NCBI GenBank assembly: GCA_965219845.1
Contig: CBDCOP010000007.1
Location: 335,640-399,639, forward strand
Length of the DNA stretch: 64,000 nt
Source of the DNA: Dehalococcoidia bacterium
Lineage (GTDB): Bacteria > Chloroflexota > Dehalococcoidia > Lucifugimonadales > Australimonadaceae
Direction of reading: 5' to 3'
Position 1 is the stretch's first letter. Each line of letters begins with the position of its first letter. The translations under genes were made by a program, and so were the position numbers. Positions 28,217 to 38,736 of the stretch are shown one piece after another. The notes beneath the pieces were generated by a model, which searched no databases, was not told the origin of the DNA, and was given only the letters and a program-made list of their open reading frames with translations.

Positions 28217-29431
28217 ATGGCGACGAGTACACGTTCGAACGGTGTGGAGCACGCGAAGGCCCAGTCTCCTTATGAGGCGGCTGTCCTCGGCTTCCGGAAC
28301 TACTGGTACCCCGTATGCACCTCGAATGAGATCGGCACGAAGCCAACAGGGATCAAGTTCTTGGGTGAGCCTGTGGCGCTGCTGCGAAGGAAGGGCAAGG
28401 CCTACGCGATCGCAGACCAGTGCGCTCACCGGGGAACCCAGTTGTCCCTCGGCAAGTACGAGTTCCCCGGCACGGATACCCTCACATGCCGTTATCACGG
28501 CTGGACCTTCGACGTTACCAACGGTATGTGCGTCGCCAACCTTACGGAGGGGCCCAACAGCGCAGTCGTCGGGAAGGTCAGGGTTCGCACGTACCCCGTC
28601 GAGGAACGCAAGGGGATCGTATGGGTGTGGGCGGGGAGAGGCGCCCCGGTCCCGCTCGAAGAGGACGTTCCGGCGCTGATGCTGCGCGATAACGAGGTCG
28701 TCAAGGTACGATCGGGGATCAAGTACGGCAACTGGCGCTGGCACGCCGAGAACGTCGGCGGCGGGCACGCGTCGATGCTGCACCGCGACACCATCGGCCT
28801 GTTCTTCAACCAATTCCCCGCCCACCCCATCGAGCCGTTCGCCTACAACGGCACGCCCGAGGACGACGACGGCAAGTGGATCTTCCAGGGTTCCAAGGGA
28901 TCATCCCAGTTCGACGAGTATCCCGGTCTTGGAAAATGGCCGCGGCCCCGCCTGTGGCGTCGTGGACTCAGGCGTCCGCGTCCACTATTCGGGCTCAGCT
29001 ACTTCGGGGCGGCGATCCGGTTACCCGGAATCACACGCGTCATGCACTTCCCGATGGTCGGCTGGTTCTACTACGAATGGTATACGCCCGTGGACGAGGA
29101 CCATTACATCTACTTCCAGGTCTCCACGTTCCACACCAGGAACCCGGTGAAGAGCCTCTGGGAGGGGCTCAAGTACTGGATCTACGGAAAGCCGTTCAAG
29201 GTAACGCTGTTCAACAACCAGGACGTACGGATGGTCAGGCAAACCACGGACTTCGTGAAGCGGCACGGCATGAACTACCTGACGCCCTTGTCGATGCAGG
29301 ACTCGCTCCACTTCGAGTGGCGGCGGCAGGCCAACGCGCTGGCCCGGGGCGAGGGACGACCGGAGGAGCCGGTGGCAGCACCGGAGAGCGAGCCCGAAGC
29401 GGAACCCGCGGCTGCGGTCACGTCCGCCTAA
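28217..29431 (+). CDS. Rieske [2Fe-2S] oxygenase
   Basis: Rieske motif CAHRGTQLS...CRYHGW. Colinear with 26656..28047. Confidence 0.85.
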   Translation: MATSTRSNGVEHAKAQSPYEAAVLGFRNYWYPVCTSNEIGTKPTGIKFLGEPVALLRRKGKAYAIADQCAHRGTQLSLGKYEFPGTDTLTCRYHGWTFDVTNGMCVANLTEGPNSAVVGKVRVRTYPVEERKGIVWVWAGRGAPVPLEEDVPALMLRDNEVVKVRSGIKYGNWRWHAENVGGGHASMLHRDTIGLFFNQFPAHPIEPFAYNGTPEDDDGKWIFQGSKGSSQFDEYPGLGKWPRPRLWRRGLRRPRPLFGLSYFGAAIRLPGITRVMHFPMVGWFYYEWYTPVDEDHYIYFQVSTFHTRNPVKSLWEGLKYWIYGKPFKVTLFNNQDVRMVRQTTDFVKRHGMNYLTPLSMQDSLHFEWRRQANALARGEGRPEEPVAAPESEPEAEPAAAVTSA

Positions 29432-29452
29432 GCCTGCTCGGCTCGAGCAGGC
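29432..29452. terminator. Hairpin between convergent genes
   Basis: GCCTGCTCG (29432-29440) pairs with CGAGCAGGC (29444-29452), with a 3-nt loop. Confidence 0.4.
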
Positions 29453-29461
29453 CGGCACGGC

Positions 29462-30340
29462 TTACTGCTCCAGTTCGTCGATGGGGACACCGTACTTGGT
29501 CTGAACGGCGTTCTCGTAGTACTCCTGCGCGTCGATGCCAGTGAACTGACCGGGCACCCATGCCCAGTACTTGGTCCGCGCACCGCCGTCCAGCGGTATG
29601 TCGCTGCCGGTCATGAACGTGGACTCATCGGAGCCCAGGAAAATCGCGGCATTCGCGATGTCGCTTGCGCGGCAGAACCGCCCCAGCGGGATGCCCTTGA
29701 GGAAGTCGTCCGCCGTCACACGGTGCCTCGTGCGCAGCGATGCAACGCCTCCGAACCGCCACATGTTGTGCTCGACGTAGGTGGGGCTGATCGTGTTGAC
29801 GCGGATACCCAGGTGCGCGAGGTCCATGGCCGCCGCCCGGCAGAAGTTGAGCAACCCGCCCTTCGCCGCGGAGTATCCGGAGTTGCCGGCCTCGCCCTGG
29901 TGTCCGGCGTCGGAGACGATATGGATGATCGAGCCACGGATCCCCTTGTCCATCATGACACGGGAAACGTACTTGGTCGTCAGCATACCGCCGGTGAGGT
30001 AGCCCTTGAGCTGCCGCTCCCAGTCGTGGATGTTGACGTCCCAGACGGCCCACCTGTACTGACGGCCGGCCATGTTGACCAGGATGTCGATCTTCCCGAA
30101 GTGTTCAACCGCCTGGTTGACGACCGATTGCACCTGCTCGGGGTCGGACGCATCGCCAGGCAAGGCGATGGCATCGTAGCCGCGCGACCGGATGAATTCG
30201 GCCGTCTCCTCTCCCGACTGCGGCACCAGGTCGTTGGCGACGACCTTCGCCCCCTCACGCGCCATGAAGTGAGCGGTCGTGCCTCCGTTGTTAGGACTTG
30301 CTCCGACGATCAGCGCAACTTTCCCCTCGAGTCGCCCCAT
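29462..30340 (-). CDS. Short-chain dehydrogenase/reductase (SDR)
   Basis: Start at MGRLEGK (ATG 30340, RBS GGAGGAG). Glycine-rich LIVGASPNNGGT and catalytic YSAAK. Confidence 0.85.
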   Translation of the reverse strand: MGRLEGKVALIVGASPNNGGTTAHFMAREGAKVVANDLVPQSGEETAEFIRSRGYDAIALPGDASDPEQVQSVVNQAVEHFGKIDILVNMAGRQYRWAVWDVNIHDWERQLKGYLTGGMLTTKYVSRVMMDKGIRGSIIHIVSDAGHQGEAGNSGYSAAKGGLLNFCRAAAMDLAHLGIRVNTISPTYVEHNMWRFGGVASLRTRHRVTADDFLKGIPLGRFCRASDIANAAIFLGSDESTFMTGSDIPLDGGARTKYWAWVPGQFTGIDAQEYYENAVQTKYGVPIDELEQ

Positions 30341-30381
30341 ACGTGTGATCTCCTCCGCTGTGTTCCAGCGCGCCCGGACTG

Positions 30382-31431
30382 CTACTTGACCTCGAAGATG
30401 GTGGTGACGAAGTCGTCGTTGAAGAGCCAACCGGCCTGGAAGTCCGTGTGCACGATCTTGGCGCCAACCTCAGTCATCGCCCCTGCGAGGATGATCGTGA
30501 CGAGCAACTCCCATTGAGCGTGCTCTTCCATCTCTTCGAACGTCCAGTTGTCGCCCCACTCCGTGAATTGGTTCTCTTTCCACTGCGCGAATCGTGCCTC
30601 GTCCGCAGCCACGTCCGGGTGCAGTCGCTCAAACTCCAGGCCCGAATCGTTGGCGTGGGACCAGTCGACGCCGGCGACGAGCGCCACGCGCCACGGGCTG
30701 GCCTTGTAGGTCCTGGCGATGGCGGCGCCCAGGTCGAACGCCTCGCGGGGAGTCAGCGGCCTGGGAAGGCTCTTGTCCCACTCCGTCAAGCCCTCGTTGT
30801 TCCGGACCCGGGTGAACCCGAACGGGTCCACGGCTATCGGGACGATAGGCGTCTTGAACTCGCGCTTGTCCCAGTCCATGTGCACCGTGGTCGCGAGGGC
30901 GTTATGCCCCAGCCCGTTCGCATGCATGGACTCGAGGGAGTACATGGGGTTGAGACCGGCGTCCTGCAGCCCGCGGATGAGATGCATCGCCCCTTCACGA
31001 TGGCCCTGGAGGACGTCCTCCCTGTCGGGGTCCTCCTCGAAGTAATTCTCCCGGTTCCCGAACACCTGGAAGAGCTTCGCGGTGACCTGCTCATGGGCCT
31101 CGACCCAATACGTCGGCCGGGCGAACGTGCGGAACGTCTCGCCCAGCTCCCTGAAGAAGATGACGATGAAGTCAGGCGCAAAGTCGTCGAGCGCCGCTCT
31201 TACCTTGCGGAACTGCTCGATCTGCAGCTCCTGCGCGGCTGTGCCGGCGGCCAGGCCCTGGTCAGCTGCCCAGAGCGTCCGCATCTCTTCCGGCCAGTTG
31301 TTGGGGTCCTTCAGGTACGGTTTGTCCACCCAGCCACGGCCGATGTTGCCCGCAACCACGCCGGGCATGTTGTGCGGCTTCATCCGCAGGAACGGGAAGT
31401 CCGCGATGGTTAGTCCAAGGATCTCTGCCAT
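30382..31431 (-). CDS. LigB-like (class III extradiol dioxygenase-related) protein, tentative
   Basis: 349 aa. Overall layout and the VAGVDWSHAN block resemble LigB-superfamily members. Weaker than the other two LigB calls. Confidence 0.45.
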   Translation of the reverse strand: MAEILGLTIADFPFLRMKPHNMPGVVAGNIGRGWVDKPYLKDPNNWPEEMRTLWAADQGLAAGTAAQELQIEQFRKVRAALDDFAPDFIVIFFRELGETFRTFARPTYWVEAHEQVTAKLFQVFGNRENYFEEDPDREDVLQGHREGAMHLIRGLQDAGLNPMYSLESMHANGLGHNALATTVHMDWDKREFKTPIVPIAVDPFGFTRVRNNEGLTEWDKSLPRPLTPREAFDLGAAIARTYKASPWRVALVAGVDWSHANDSGLEFERLHPDVAADEARFAQWKENQFTEWGDNWTFEEMEEHAQWELLVTIILAGAMTEVGAKIVHTDFQAGWLFNDDFVTTIFEVK

Positions 31432-31441
31432 GAGTTGCTCC

Positions 31442-32284
31442 TCAAGAGTTGGCCAGGAAGTCCATCACCAGCCGATTGAACACGTCCGAATGCTCGTACT
31501 GGGCCCAATGTCCGCATTGATTGAGGACGACCAGGCGCGAGTTGGGGATGGAACTGACCAGCCGCAGCCCGTTCTCCAACGGCACGACCCGGTCGTTCCG
31601 TCCGTGCAGCACCAGCGTCGGCGCCCCGATCCCCGCAAGTTGCACCGAGACGTCACGTTGCGTCGTCACCGAGTTCCGGCGGGCAGTGAGGTGGTCCGGG
31701 TTGTCCATGATCGTCTTGAAACGCTGCTCCAGTACCTCGTCCGGCACCATGGACCCGTCAAACAGCATGACGTTGATCAGACGCCTCAAGCCCTCAACGG
31801 AAGGGGTCTCGAACACCTCGTTCAAGATCTTGATCCCTTCGGTGGGAGACGGGGCGAACAGCGGCGGACTCCCGCCACCGCCGGAGCCCATGATTATCAG
31901 CTTGTCGATACGGCCCGGGTAATCGATGGCAAACGTGATGGAGGTGGCGCCGCCCATGGAATTGCCGATCAGGCTCGCCTTCTCTATCCCCAGCGCGTCC
32001 ATCAGGTCCTTGACGGCGCGGGCGTTGACCGTGTTTCGGGGTTCCGCCATCGTCACGGAGTCGCTCTTGCCGAAGCCTGGTTGGTCGACCAGGAGGCAGC
32101 GGTACTGCTCCGAAACAGCCCCTACATTCTTGAAGAAGTTGCTCCACGACGTAGCGCCCGGCCCGCCGCCGTGGAGGAAGATGACCGCATCTCCTTCCCC
32201 GACCTCGTTGTAGTGGACCCGGATATCGCCTGCCTGGGCGTACTTGCTGGTAGCCTCCTCCGAAAACCGAACGGCCGTAGTCAT
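31442..32284 (-). CDS. Alpha/beta-fold meta-cleavage product (C-C bond) hydrolase, BphD/MhpC-like
   Basis: VIFLHGGGPGA oxyanion region, nucleophile elbow GNSMGG, C-terminal CGHWAQYEH. Confidence 0.85.
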   Translation of the reverse strand: MTTAVRFSEEATSKYAQAGDIRVHYNEVGEGDAVIFLHGGGPGATSWSNFFKNVGAVSEQYRCLLVDQPGFGKSDSVTMAEPRNTVNARAVKDLMDALGIEKASLIGNSMGGATSITFAIDYPGRIDKLIIMGSGGGGSPPLFAPSPTEGIKILNEVFETPSVEGLRRLINVMLFDGSMVPDEVLEQRFKTIMDNPDHLTARRNSVTTQRDVSVQLAGIGAPTLVLHGRNDRVVPLENGLRLVSSIPNSRLVVLNQCGHWAQYEHSDVFNRLVMDFLANS

Positions 32285-32715
32285 AGCCCGTCTCCTTTCA
32301 GGAACCAGATGCGATACGACACCGGGCGCAAAGACCAGTCCCTGGAGCAGACAGACGCCCGGAACTCCCCTTTAGATGGCCATAAGGTAGCATCGCAGCA
32401 CGGGTTGTCAAGTGCACGGCATGATTCTGGATTCCTCCAGGTTTGTCATCGTTAGAAGAGCCAACAGTACGGACTAGAAACCACGGAAATTCCGGTGACC
32501 ATTAGCCACGGCCTCTCGTACGGAATCCGTGCACTTGACGTACGAAATCCGGCGACTTGACGCACAGGCCTCACTGTGTAAGATACGCCTGCTTACGCTC
32601 GGGAAAACCGCCACTCTGAATGCGGTTCTGTTTAAGCAGAGCAACACGCGGATGTAGGTCGGGGAAAGCCCCGTCAGATAGAACGGTGGGAACCCAATCC
32701 CCAAGGAGGCCGGTC

Positions 32716-33960
32716 ATGGCACGTCTCAAATGGCTTCTCGGTGTAGCTCTGTTGGCAACCACGTTGGTGTTTGTCTCCTGTGGAGCCGATCCAACACCAA
32801 CCCCTCCCCCTCCTCCGACAGCAACGCCGACTCCGGTGCCGGCTGAAGCGCCAGCCGAGGAGATGGAAAAACCAACTCCGACGGCGATGATGGAGGAGCC
32901 GACTCCAACGGCGGTGCCGCAGGAGCCGGTGACCGTCAACCTCCTTGCTACGCTCTCCTTCATGGCTGAGATCGTCGAGCCCATGCGGCGGATCCTGGAA
33001 GAGCAGGGATCTTTCGTCAGCATGACCGTCGAGGACACGACCGGCGGCCCTGCAGCCGGGTGGGTGATCTTCAACCAGATCGAGGAAGCGGAACGAAAAT
33101 GGATGATTCCCTGGACGTTGGAGAACGACCACCATCTCGCCGAGTCCAAACTCAGCCCACGGTTCCCGGATGGTGTGGCGGGGCCTCCATTGGTACTGCT
33201 GAAAGTCGGGCCACTGGGCTGCTCAGGCGTTGGCACTCTCGACCCTGACATCGTCACCTTCGCCGATCTGGACGGGAAGACGTTGCAGGGCGGCAGCCGC
33301 CCGTCTTTGCGGCATATAGATGCAGGCCTGGCGTTGGGTATCGAAGTCAACCACGTTGAGCACGGCGGCGACGACGTGACCGTGCGTGAGCTCAAGAACG
33401 GTCAGATCGACGCGAGCTACTACCACATGACCGGCCACACCCGGCCCGTGCCTCAGCTGCTGCAGCTGCTGCAGGAGCGGGACGGCGCGTTCTACTTCGT
33501 GGATGTCAAGCCGGCCATTGAGGCGATCCAGGAGAAGTTCCCCGGGAAGTGGCCGTACATGTTCCCGGTGCCCCTGTTCGCGGGCGAACTGAAGGAGACG
33601 TTCAACCTGGACACGGACCCGATCCGCGGTGCGGTAAGTCACTGCTTCGGCGGCCAGAACCCGTACTTCGCGGTCAGCGCTGAGATGGACGAGCACGTCG
33701 CCTACGAGATCGTTTACCAGACCGTCAAGAACCGCGCGGACTTCGGCCGCTTCCTCTCCGGTGACATAGATGCCATCGTCGAAACGCTCGGCATGACGTA
33801 CCGGCCGCAGCGGGACTACCACCCCGGTGCCCGCAAGGCGTTCGAGGACTTGGGTTACCCGTACGGACTCGAAGCAACCATCGAGTACCAGAAGGAGCGT
33901 GCTGCAGAGCATGGCCAGGATTTCGAACCGCCGCAGTTCTTCCTGGACCTGATCAACTAG
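32716..33960 (+). CDS. TAXI-family TRAP transporter solute-binding lipoprotein
   Basis: AAGGAGG before the ATG at 32716. Lipobox VFVSCG followed by a Pro/Thr-rich linker. C-terminal YHPGARKAFEDLGY is typical of TAXI receptors. A fused 4TM/12TM permease gene follows. Confidence 0.7.
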   Translation: MARLKWLLGVALLATTLVFVSCGADPTPTPPPPPTATPTPVPAEAPAEEMEKPTPTAMMEEPTPTAVPQEPVTVNLLATLSFMAEIVEPMRRILEEQGSFVSMTVEDTTGGPAAGWVIFNQIEEAERKWMIPWTLENDHHLAESKLSPRFPDGVAGPPLVLLKVGPLGCSGVGTLDPDIVTFADLDGKTLQGGSRPSLRHIDAGLALGIEVNHVEHGGDDVTVRELKNGQIDASYYHMTGHTRPVPQLLQLLQERDGAFYFVDVKPAIEAIQEKFPGKWPYMFPVPLFAGELKETFNLDTDPIRGAVSHCFGGQNPYFAVSAEMDEHVAYEIVYQTVKNRADFGRFLSGDIDAIVETLGMTYRPQRDYHPGARKAFEDLGYPYGLEATIEYQKERAAEHGQDFEPPQFFLDLIN

Positions 33961-34051
33961 TAAGCTGGCATCTCGGAGTACCGGCTTCACGCCTCATCGC
34001 GTATGGGAGCGTGGAGCCGGTGCCCCTTGTGGTGGTGTGGAGTCCTGAACC

Positions 34052-36088
34052 ATGGCCATCAGAACACGTCTCGGAGCGGTAACGAAGGTCCCCTGGCAGA
34101 AGCTCAACCGGGACCTGATCGTACGCATCGGCTCCGCCAACGTCATGCTCGCCATCGCGATCCTGCTGATGGTGGGGTTCCAGATGGGTCAGCGATGGTG
34201 GCTGCCAAACGGTTTCCGCTTCGGCGTACTGCACATCGCCCTCGCCGCGATCATCGTTGCGCTGCAGCTGCTGACCACGCTGCGCTCGTCGAAGAGATCG
34301 GCCAGCTACCTGCCTTGGCTGTCCATCATTGTCACCATCATCTGGTTCGCGTACTTCTATCCGCTGGCTGATTTCGAAGTACAGGACCGCCTCGGCTATG
34401 CGACGCGTCCGGACATGGTGATCGGTGGGCTGCTCGCCATCCCTGTCTTCTTCCTCGCATGGAAGGCTTTCGGCCCACTGTTCCCCGCGATTGGGCTGGT
34501 CGCCATCGGTTACGGCTTCTTTGCCGCTGACGTGCCCGGGCACTTTCAAGGGCCGCCGATACCGGCTGAACGGGTCATGTCCCGGTACGTGCTGAACAGC
34601 AGCTGGTCAGGGCTGGTCCAGCTCTTTGCCAACTTCGTCTGGCTGATCATGTTCTGGGGGATGCTTCTGGAGGTTGCGGGCGCTCGCAAGCTCGTCACCC
34701 GCCTCGCCCAGAAGCTCGCGGCGAGATTCTCGTCCGGCCCGGGACTGGTAACGGTGGGAACGAGCGGCGTGGTGGGGTCGTTCACCGGGGGCGGCGCTTC
34801 GGACGTTGCCATCACCGGGCCCATCACCATCCCCATGATGCGCAGGGCCGGCTACAGGGGCGCCGAGGCTGCCGCGCTCGAAGCCGCAGCGTCGACAGCA
34901 GCAGCCGTGACGCCGCCTATCCTCGGGGCCGTTGCGTTCATCATGGCAGACCGTCTCGGCGTAGCGTACAAAGACATCCTGGCGATGACCATCATCCCGG
35001 CCGTACTCTGGTACGTGGCACTCATCGCCTACGTTGTCTCGTCGAGCAAGCTCCGCGCGATCCGCCTGGCACGGCAAGGCGGACCAACCGATGCGCAAAT
35101 CTCAGAACCCGCTGCGAGTGGTCCTGGGCTCCTTACGTCTACTGCGCTACCGTCGACGGCCAACGCCCAGCCAGACAGTGCCCGAACGCTCATCTACGCG
35201 GCCATCACAGTGGTTCTCCCGCTCGGGGTGCTCCTCGTCTTGGTGCTGAATGATACCGAGCTCTTCACCGCGGTCTTCCAGGCGCTGGTTGTGCTGATCG
35301 TGCTCGCCGTGCTCCTCCGAGCCGAGAAGAGCTGGGTAACATGGTGGCGCGGCATCGTCCGCGCAGCCACTTTCGCGAGCTCGGTCAGTGTCACGATCGT
35401 CATCGTGAACATCATCTCCGACACCATCAAGTTCACGGGACTCGGAAGCCGGATGGGGGACATCGTCTACGACCTGAGCGGCGGACACCTGCTTCTGGCG
35501 TCGCTGCTGATGCTGGTGTTCGGCATCTTCCTGAGCGCGGGGATGCCGACACTGGTCATCTACTTCATCATGGTGTTCACCTTCCAGCCGGTGTTGATCG
35601 AGTTCGACGTACCCGTCGAAGCGACCCACTTCGTCGCCTTCTACATGGGTGCGCTGAACCAGCTGATCATGCCGGTGGCGGCATCCGTTCTGGTCGCGGC
35701 AGGCATAGCGGGCGTCCGTTACTGGGACGCAGGAATGGAGGCGGCGAAACTCATCCTTCCGCTTGTCCTGCTTCCATTCCTCTTTGTGTTCGCCCCGCAG
35801 CTCCTGCTGGGGGTGGGCGAAGACACATTCGGGCATATGACCTTACTCGTTGGGTCGGTCATCGTGTCGTTCATCGTCATCAACGTAGCCATGGGAGGCT
35901 GGCTCGGCAGACCTCTCGTGCCGGCCGCTCGTGGTGTGCTGCTCGTAATCGGAGGTCTGGTATTCGTAGGGGTTTACCGTTCCGAGGACGCGTTCCTCTG
36001 GGTGGGACTGATTGCCGGGCTGACGGCGTTGCTAGCGGGAGCCGGCCTCTCTTTTTCTCGAAGATCTCCGGCACCTGAACAGGCCTAG
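34052..36088 (+). CDS. TRAP transporter fused permease (4TM/12TM fusion, TAXI-associated)
   Basis: 678-aa polytopic membrane protein, adjacent to the TAXI receptor. Length and hydrophobic pattern fit the fused DctQM-type permease. Confidence 0.8.
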   Translation: MAIRTRLGAVTKVPWQKLNRDLIVRIGSANVMLAIAILLMVGFQMGQRWWLPNGFRFGVLHIALAAIIVALQLLTTLRSSKRSASYLPWLSIIVTIIWFAYFYPLADFEVQDRLGYATRPDMVIGGLLAIPVFFLAWKAFGPLFPAIGLVAIGYGFFAADVPGHFQGPPIPAERVMSRYVLNSSWSGLVQLFANFVWLIMFWGMLLEVAGARKLVTRLAQKLAARFSSGPGLVTVGTSGVVGSFTGGGASDVAITGPITIPMMRRAGYRGAEAAALEAAASTAAAVTPPILGAVAFIMADRLGVAYKDILAMTIIPAVLWYVALIAYVVSSSKLRAIRLARQGGPTDAQISEPAASGPGLLTSTALPSTANAQPDSARTLIYAAITVVLPLGVLLVLVLNDTELFTAVFQALVVLIVLAVLLRAEKSWVTWWRGIVRAATFASSVSVTIVIVNIISDTIKFTGLGSRMGDIVYDLSGGHLLLASLLMLVFGIFLSAGMPTLVIYFIMVFTFQPVLIEFDVPVEATHFVAFYMGALNQLIMPVAASVLVAAGIAGVRYWDAGMEAAKLILPLVLLPFLFVFAPQLLLGVGEDTFGHMTLLVGSVIVSFIVINVAMGGWLGRPLVPAARGVLLVIGGLVFVGVYRSEDAFLWVGLIAGLTALLAGAGLSFSRRSPAPEQA

Positions 36089-36260
36089 CCCCGATCGTGT
36101 CCTCAGGCTGCGGCCCCGGAGCCCCCAAGAAAGGGCCGGGGCCAGCGGCACGGAACGCTGGGAGAGTCAGGGGATCACCTCGTCGGGGCCCATTTCAAAC
36201 GCGGATTGGGCCCTTGCAGCCCGTCCCAACTATAATCCGTTCCTTGGAGGCAAATAGACA

Positions 36261-37196
36261 ATGCTCGGACTAGGCCTAGCAGCCCCTTACGCTCACGCCA
36301 TGTACCGCGACCCCGCAGAGTGGATGGCGATCCACGATTGGTCGGTCGGAGATGCTCCACAGCCGCTGGAACTCGCCGACGAGACGGATGCCGTCATCCG
36401 GGAGCACGCCGCGCGCGTCAGGGCGAACCTCGACAAGCTCCGCGCCGAACTCGAGGCGTACAAGCCTTCCGCTCTCGTGGTATTGGTCACCGACGCAGGT
36501 CGGATGTTCAGCCGCGTCCAGGTCCCGCAGTTCTGCACGTTCCTCGGGGCGAGCGCCTGGGGCAGCGCACGGCTGGAGGGGTTGGGAGAGGCGGCAGACG
36601 AGGACGTCGTGGAGCTTTCGTGCGATACCGAGCTGGCCGCCTTCGTGCAGGAAGAGCTCGTGGCCCATGGGTTCGACATGAGTTACAGCAGGGAGATGAA
36701 CCCGCAAGGCCAGCCGGAATACGGCATGCCCGCATCGCTCGTTACGCTGGTGCGCGCGTTGGACCCCGGCCTCGATATTCCCATCGTTCCGGTCCTGGTG
36801 AACTGCCACGTTGCGCCACCGCCGCCCGGCTGGCGATGCAGGGAGTTCGGGCTAGCTCTCGGCACGATCCTGGACGAGCCTGAGCAGCGCATCGCACTGG
36901 CGGTTTCGGGCGGCCTGTCTCACGATCACCACGGCCCCCGGGCAGGCTGGATAGACTTTCCATTCGACCAATGGATGCTGAAGCAACTCTCGCGCGGGCG
37001 AGGCGCAAACCTGGACCCCATCTGGAACGTGGAGTCGGACAGCGTCCACGGAGGCACTGCCGAAGTACGTCTCTGGGCAGCCTTGGCAGGCGCCTGCGAA
37101 AGCCGGGGCGGCAAGGCAGTCGTGGACGACTACTTCCCCGCTTACACGGCAGCGACCGGTCTGGGGTTCGCGCACTACCCGCTCCACCAGAGATAA
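36261..37196 (+). CDS. Class III extradiol ring-cleavage dioxygenase (LigB family)
   Basis: 311 aa, colinear with 25457..26419 (GLGLA..YAHA, LVVLVTDAGRMF, SGGLSHDHHGPRAGWIDFPFDQW). Confidence 0.7.
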   Translation: MLGLGLAAPYAHAMYRDPAEWMAIHDWSVGDAPQPLELADETDAVIREHAARVRANLDKLRAELEAYKPSALVVLVTDAGRMFSRVQVPQFCTFLGASAWGSARLEGLGEAADEDVVELSCDTELAAFVQEELVAHGFDMSYSREMNPQGQPEYGMPASLVTLVRALDPGLDIPIVPVLVNCHVAPPPPGWRCREFGLALGTILDEPEQRIALAVSGGLSHDHHGPRAGWIDFPFDQWMLKQLSRGRGANLDPIWNVESDSVHGGTAEVRLWAALAGACESRGGKAVVDDYFPAYTAATGLGFAHYPLHQR

Positions 37197-37325
37197 GCGG
37201 TGGCCCGCCCCATCTCCCCGGCAGCACCGAAGTCCGCGACTCTCAAAGCGATATCATCATCCGTCAGGACAGATTCCTTTAGCAGCAGTATTGAGTTGGC
37301 TCACTGAGGACGGCACAGCTCGCAG

Positions 37326-38612
37326 ATGAACGCTAACCCGCCAATCTCCAGCCGCATCGGTCGGCTGCTCGAGGTGTTCAGCCCCCTCAGGTACAGGAAT
37401 ATGCGTCTGTTCTGGTCCGGCCTGTTTGCTCAGGTGGCGGGACAGCAGATGATGGTGGTCACGATAGGGTGGCTCGTGTTCGAGTTGACCGGGTCGCCGC
37501 TGACGCTGGGCATCATCAACCTCCTGCAAGCGGCCCCACGCATCATCCTGAACCTCCTGGGCGGAGCGCTTGCCGACCGGTGGGACCAGCGCACCCTGAT
37601 CATCCTTAGCCAGTTCGCTGCGATGCTCGTGCTGTTCGGACTCGCCACCCTGACGCTGACCGGGCATATCGAGGTCTGGCACCTTGGCGCCGGAGCACTG
37701 CTGATCGGCTTCTTCCACGCCTTGGACGAGCCCAGCCGGGCTTCCCTGTTCCCCCATCTGTTGCCGCGGCGGGACCTGCTGCCGACGGCTGTACCGCTGG
37801 TCAGCATGGCCTGGCAGATGAGCCGCCTCACCGCCCCCGCGATCGCGGGCTTCGTGATCCATGCAGCCGGCGCCGATGTCTCGTTCTTCATCTCTGCAGC
37901 CGGCGCGGCTCTCATGATCACGACGATCCGCCTGCTCCAGGTCGACCGGATACCGCGCGCCAAGCAGGGAAGCATCCTGCAAAGCATCTCCGAGGGCATG
38001 AAGTACGCATGGGGTTACGACGTATTCCGCATCGTCATCGGCATGGCGTTCTTCAACAGCCTGCTGGCCATGGGTTACATCCTCATGCTGCCTGTCTTCG
38101 CAGCGGACGTCTTCGAGGTCGACTCGCGGGGGCTGGGGCTTCTCTACTCGTTCGGTGGCGCCGGGGGGATCGTGGCCTTACTCACCGTATCGAGGATGAT
38201 AGCCAGGTTCGGGTCGGGCAAGGTCATCCTGGGTGGCATCCTCGTTCTGAATTCGTCCCTTATCGCATTCGCCCTGAGCCCCTCATTCGCGCTCGCCGTG
38301 GCCTTGATGACCCTCGCCGGCTTCGCAGGACATGTCTATCTGACCGGCGGCGAAGTGCTGCTCCAGACGCTCGTTCCGGACGAGCTTCGCGGCCGCGTGA
38401 TGGGCCTCTACCAGTCTCTCTGGAGCATCATGCCGCTGGGCGCGGCCATCCTGAACTCGATCGCCGAGTTTTCCGGCGCTCCCCTCGCACTCGCGGGCGG
38501 GTCCACGACCGTCCTCTTGTTCGCCCTGGTGGTCGGCGTTCCCAACAAGGCGCTCCACTCTTCACACGCTGAGATGGCCCGGTCTGAGTTTGGCCGGGCA
38601 AGCCAGGACTAG
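37326..38612 (+). CDS. MFS transporter
   Basis: 428 aa, about 12 predicted hydrophobic helices. GGALADRWDQR matches the MFS motif A position. Confidence 0.8.
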   Translation: MNANPPISSRIGRLLEVFSPLRYRNMRLFWSGLFAQVAGQQMMVVTIGWLVFELTGSPLTLGIINLLQAAPRIILNLLGGALADRWDQRTLIILSQFAAMLVLFGLATLTLTGHIEVWHLGAGALLIGFFHALDEPSRASLFPHLLPRRDLLPTAVPLVSMAWQMSRLTAPAIAGFVIHAAGADVSFFISAAGAALMITTIRLLQVDRIPRAKQGSILQSISEGMKYAWGYDVFRIVIGMAFFNSLLAMGYILMLPVFAADVFEVDSRGLGLLYSFGGAGGIVALLTVSRMIARFGSGKVILGGILVLNSSLIAFALSPSFALAVALMTLAGFAGHVYLTGGEVLLQTLVPDELRGRVMGLYQSLWSIMPLGAAILNSIAEFSGAPLALAGGSTTVLLFALVVGVPNKALHSSHAEMARSEFGRASQD

Positions 38613-38680
38613 CCGGGGATAGCCACGGCAGCCGGCGGTCAAGGCCGTCTTACGAGGCTCAAGAACGCGGACCATAAGCG

Positions 38681-38710
38681 AAGCGTCGAGGCGTAAACGC
38701 CTCGACGCTT
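38681..38710. terminator. Strong hairpin between convergent genes (bidirectional terminator candidate)
   Basis: Perfect 13-bp stem, AAGCGTCGAGGCG-TAAA-CGCCTCGACGCTT, followed by GTTGGTTG. Confidence 0.6.
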
Positions 38711-38736
38711 GTTGGTTGCCGGGTGCCCCAGAGCTG

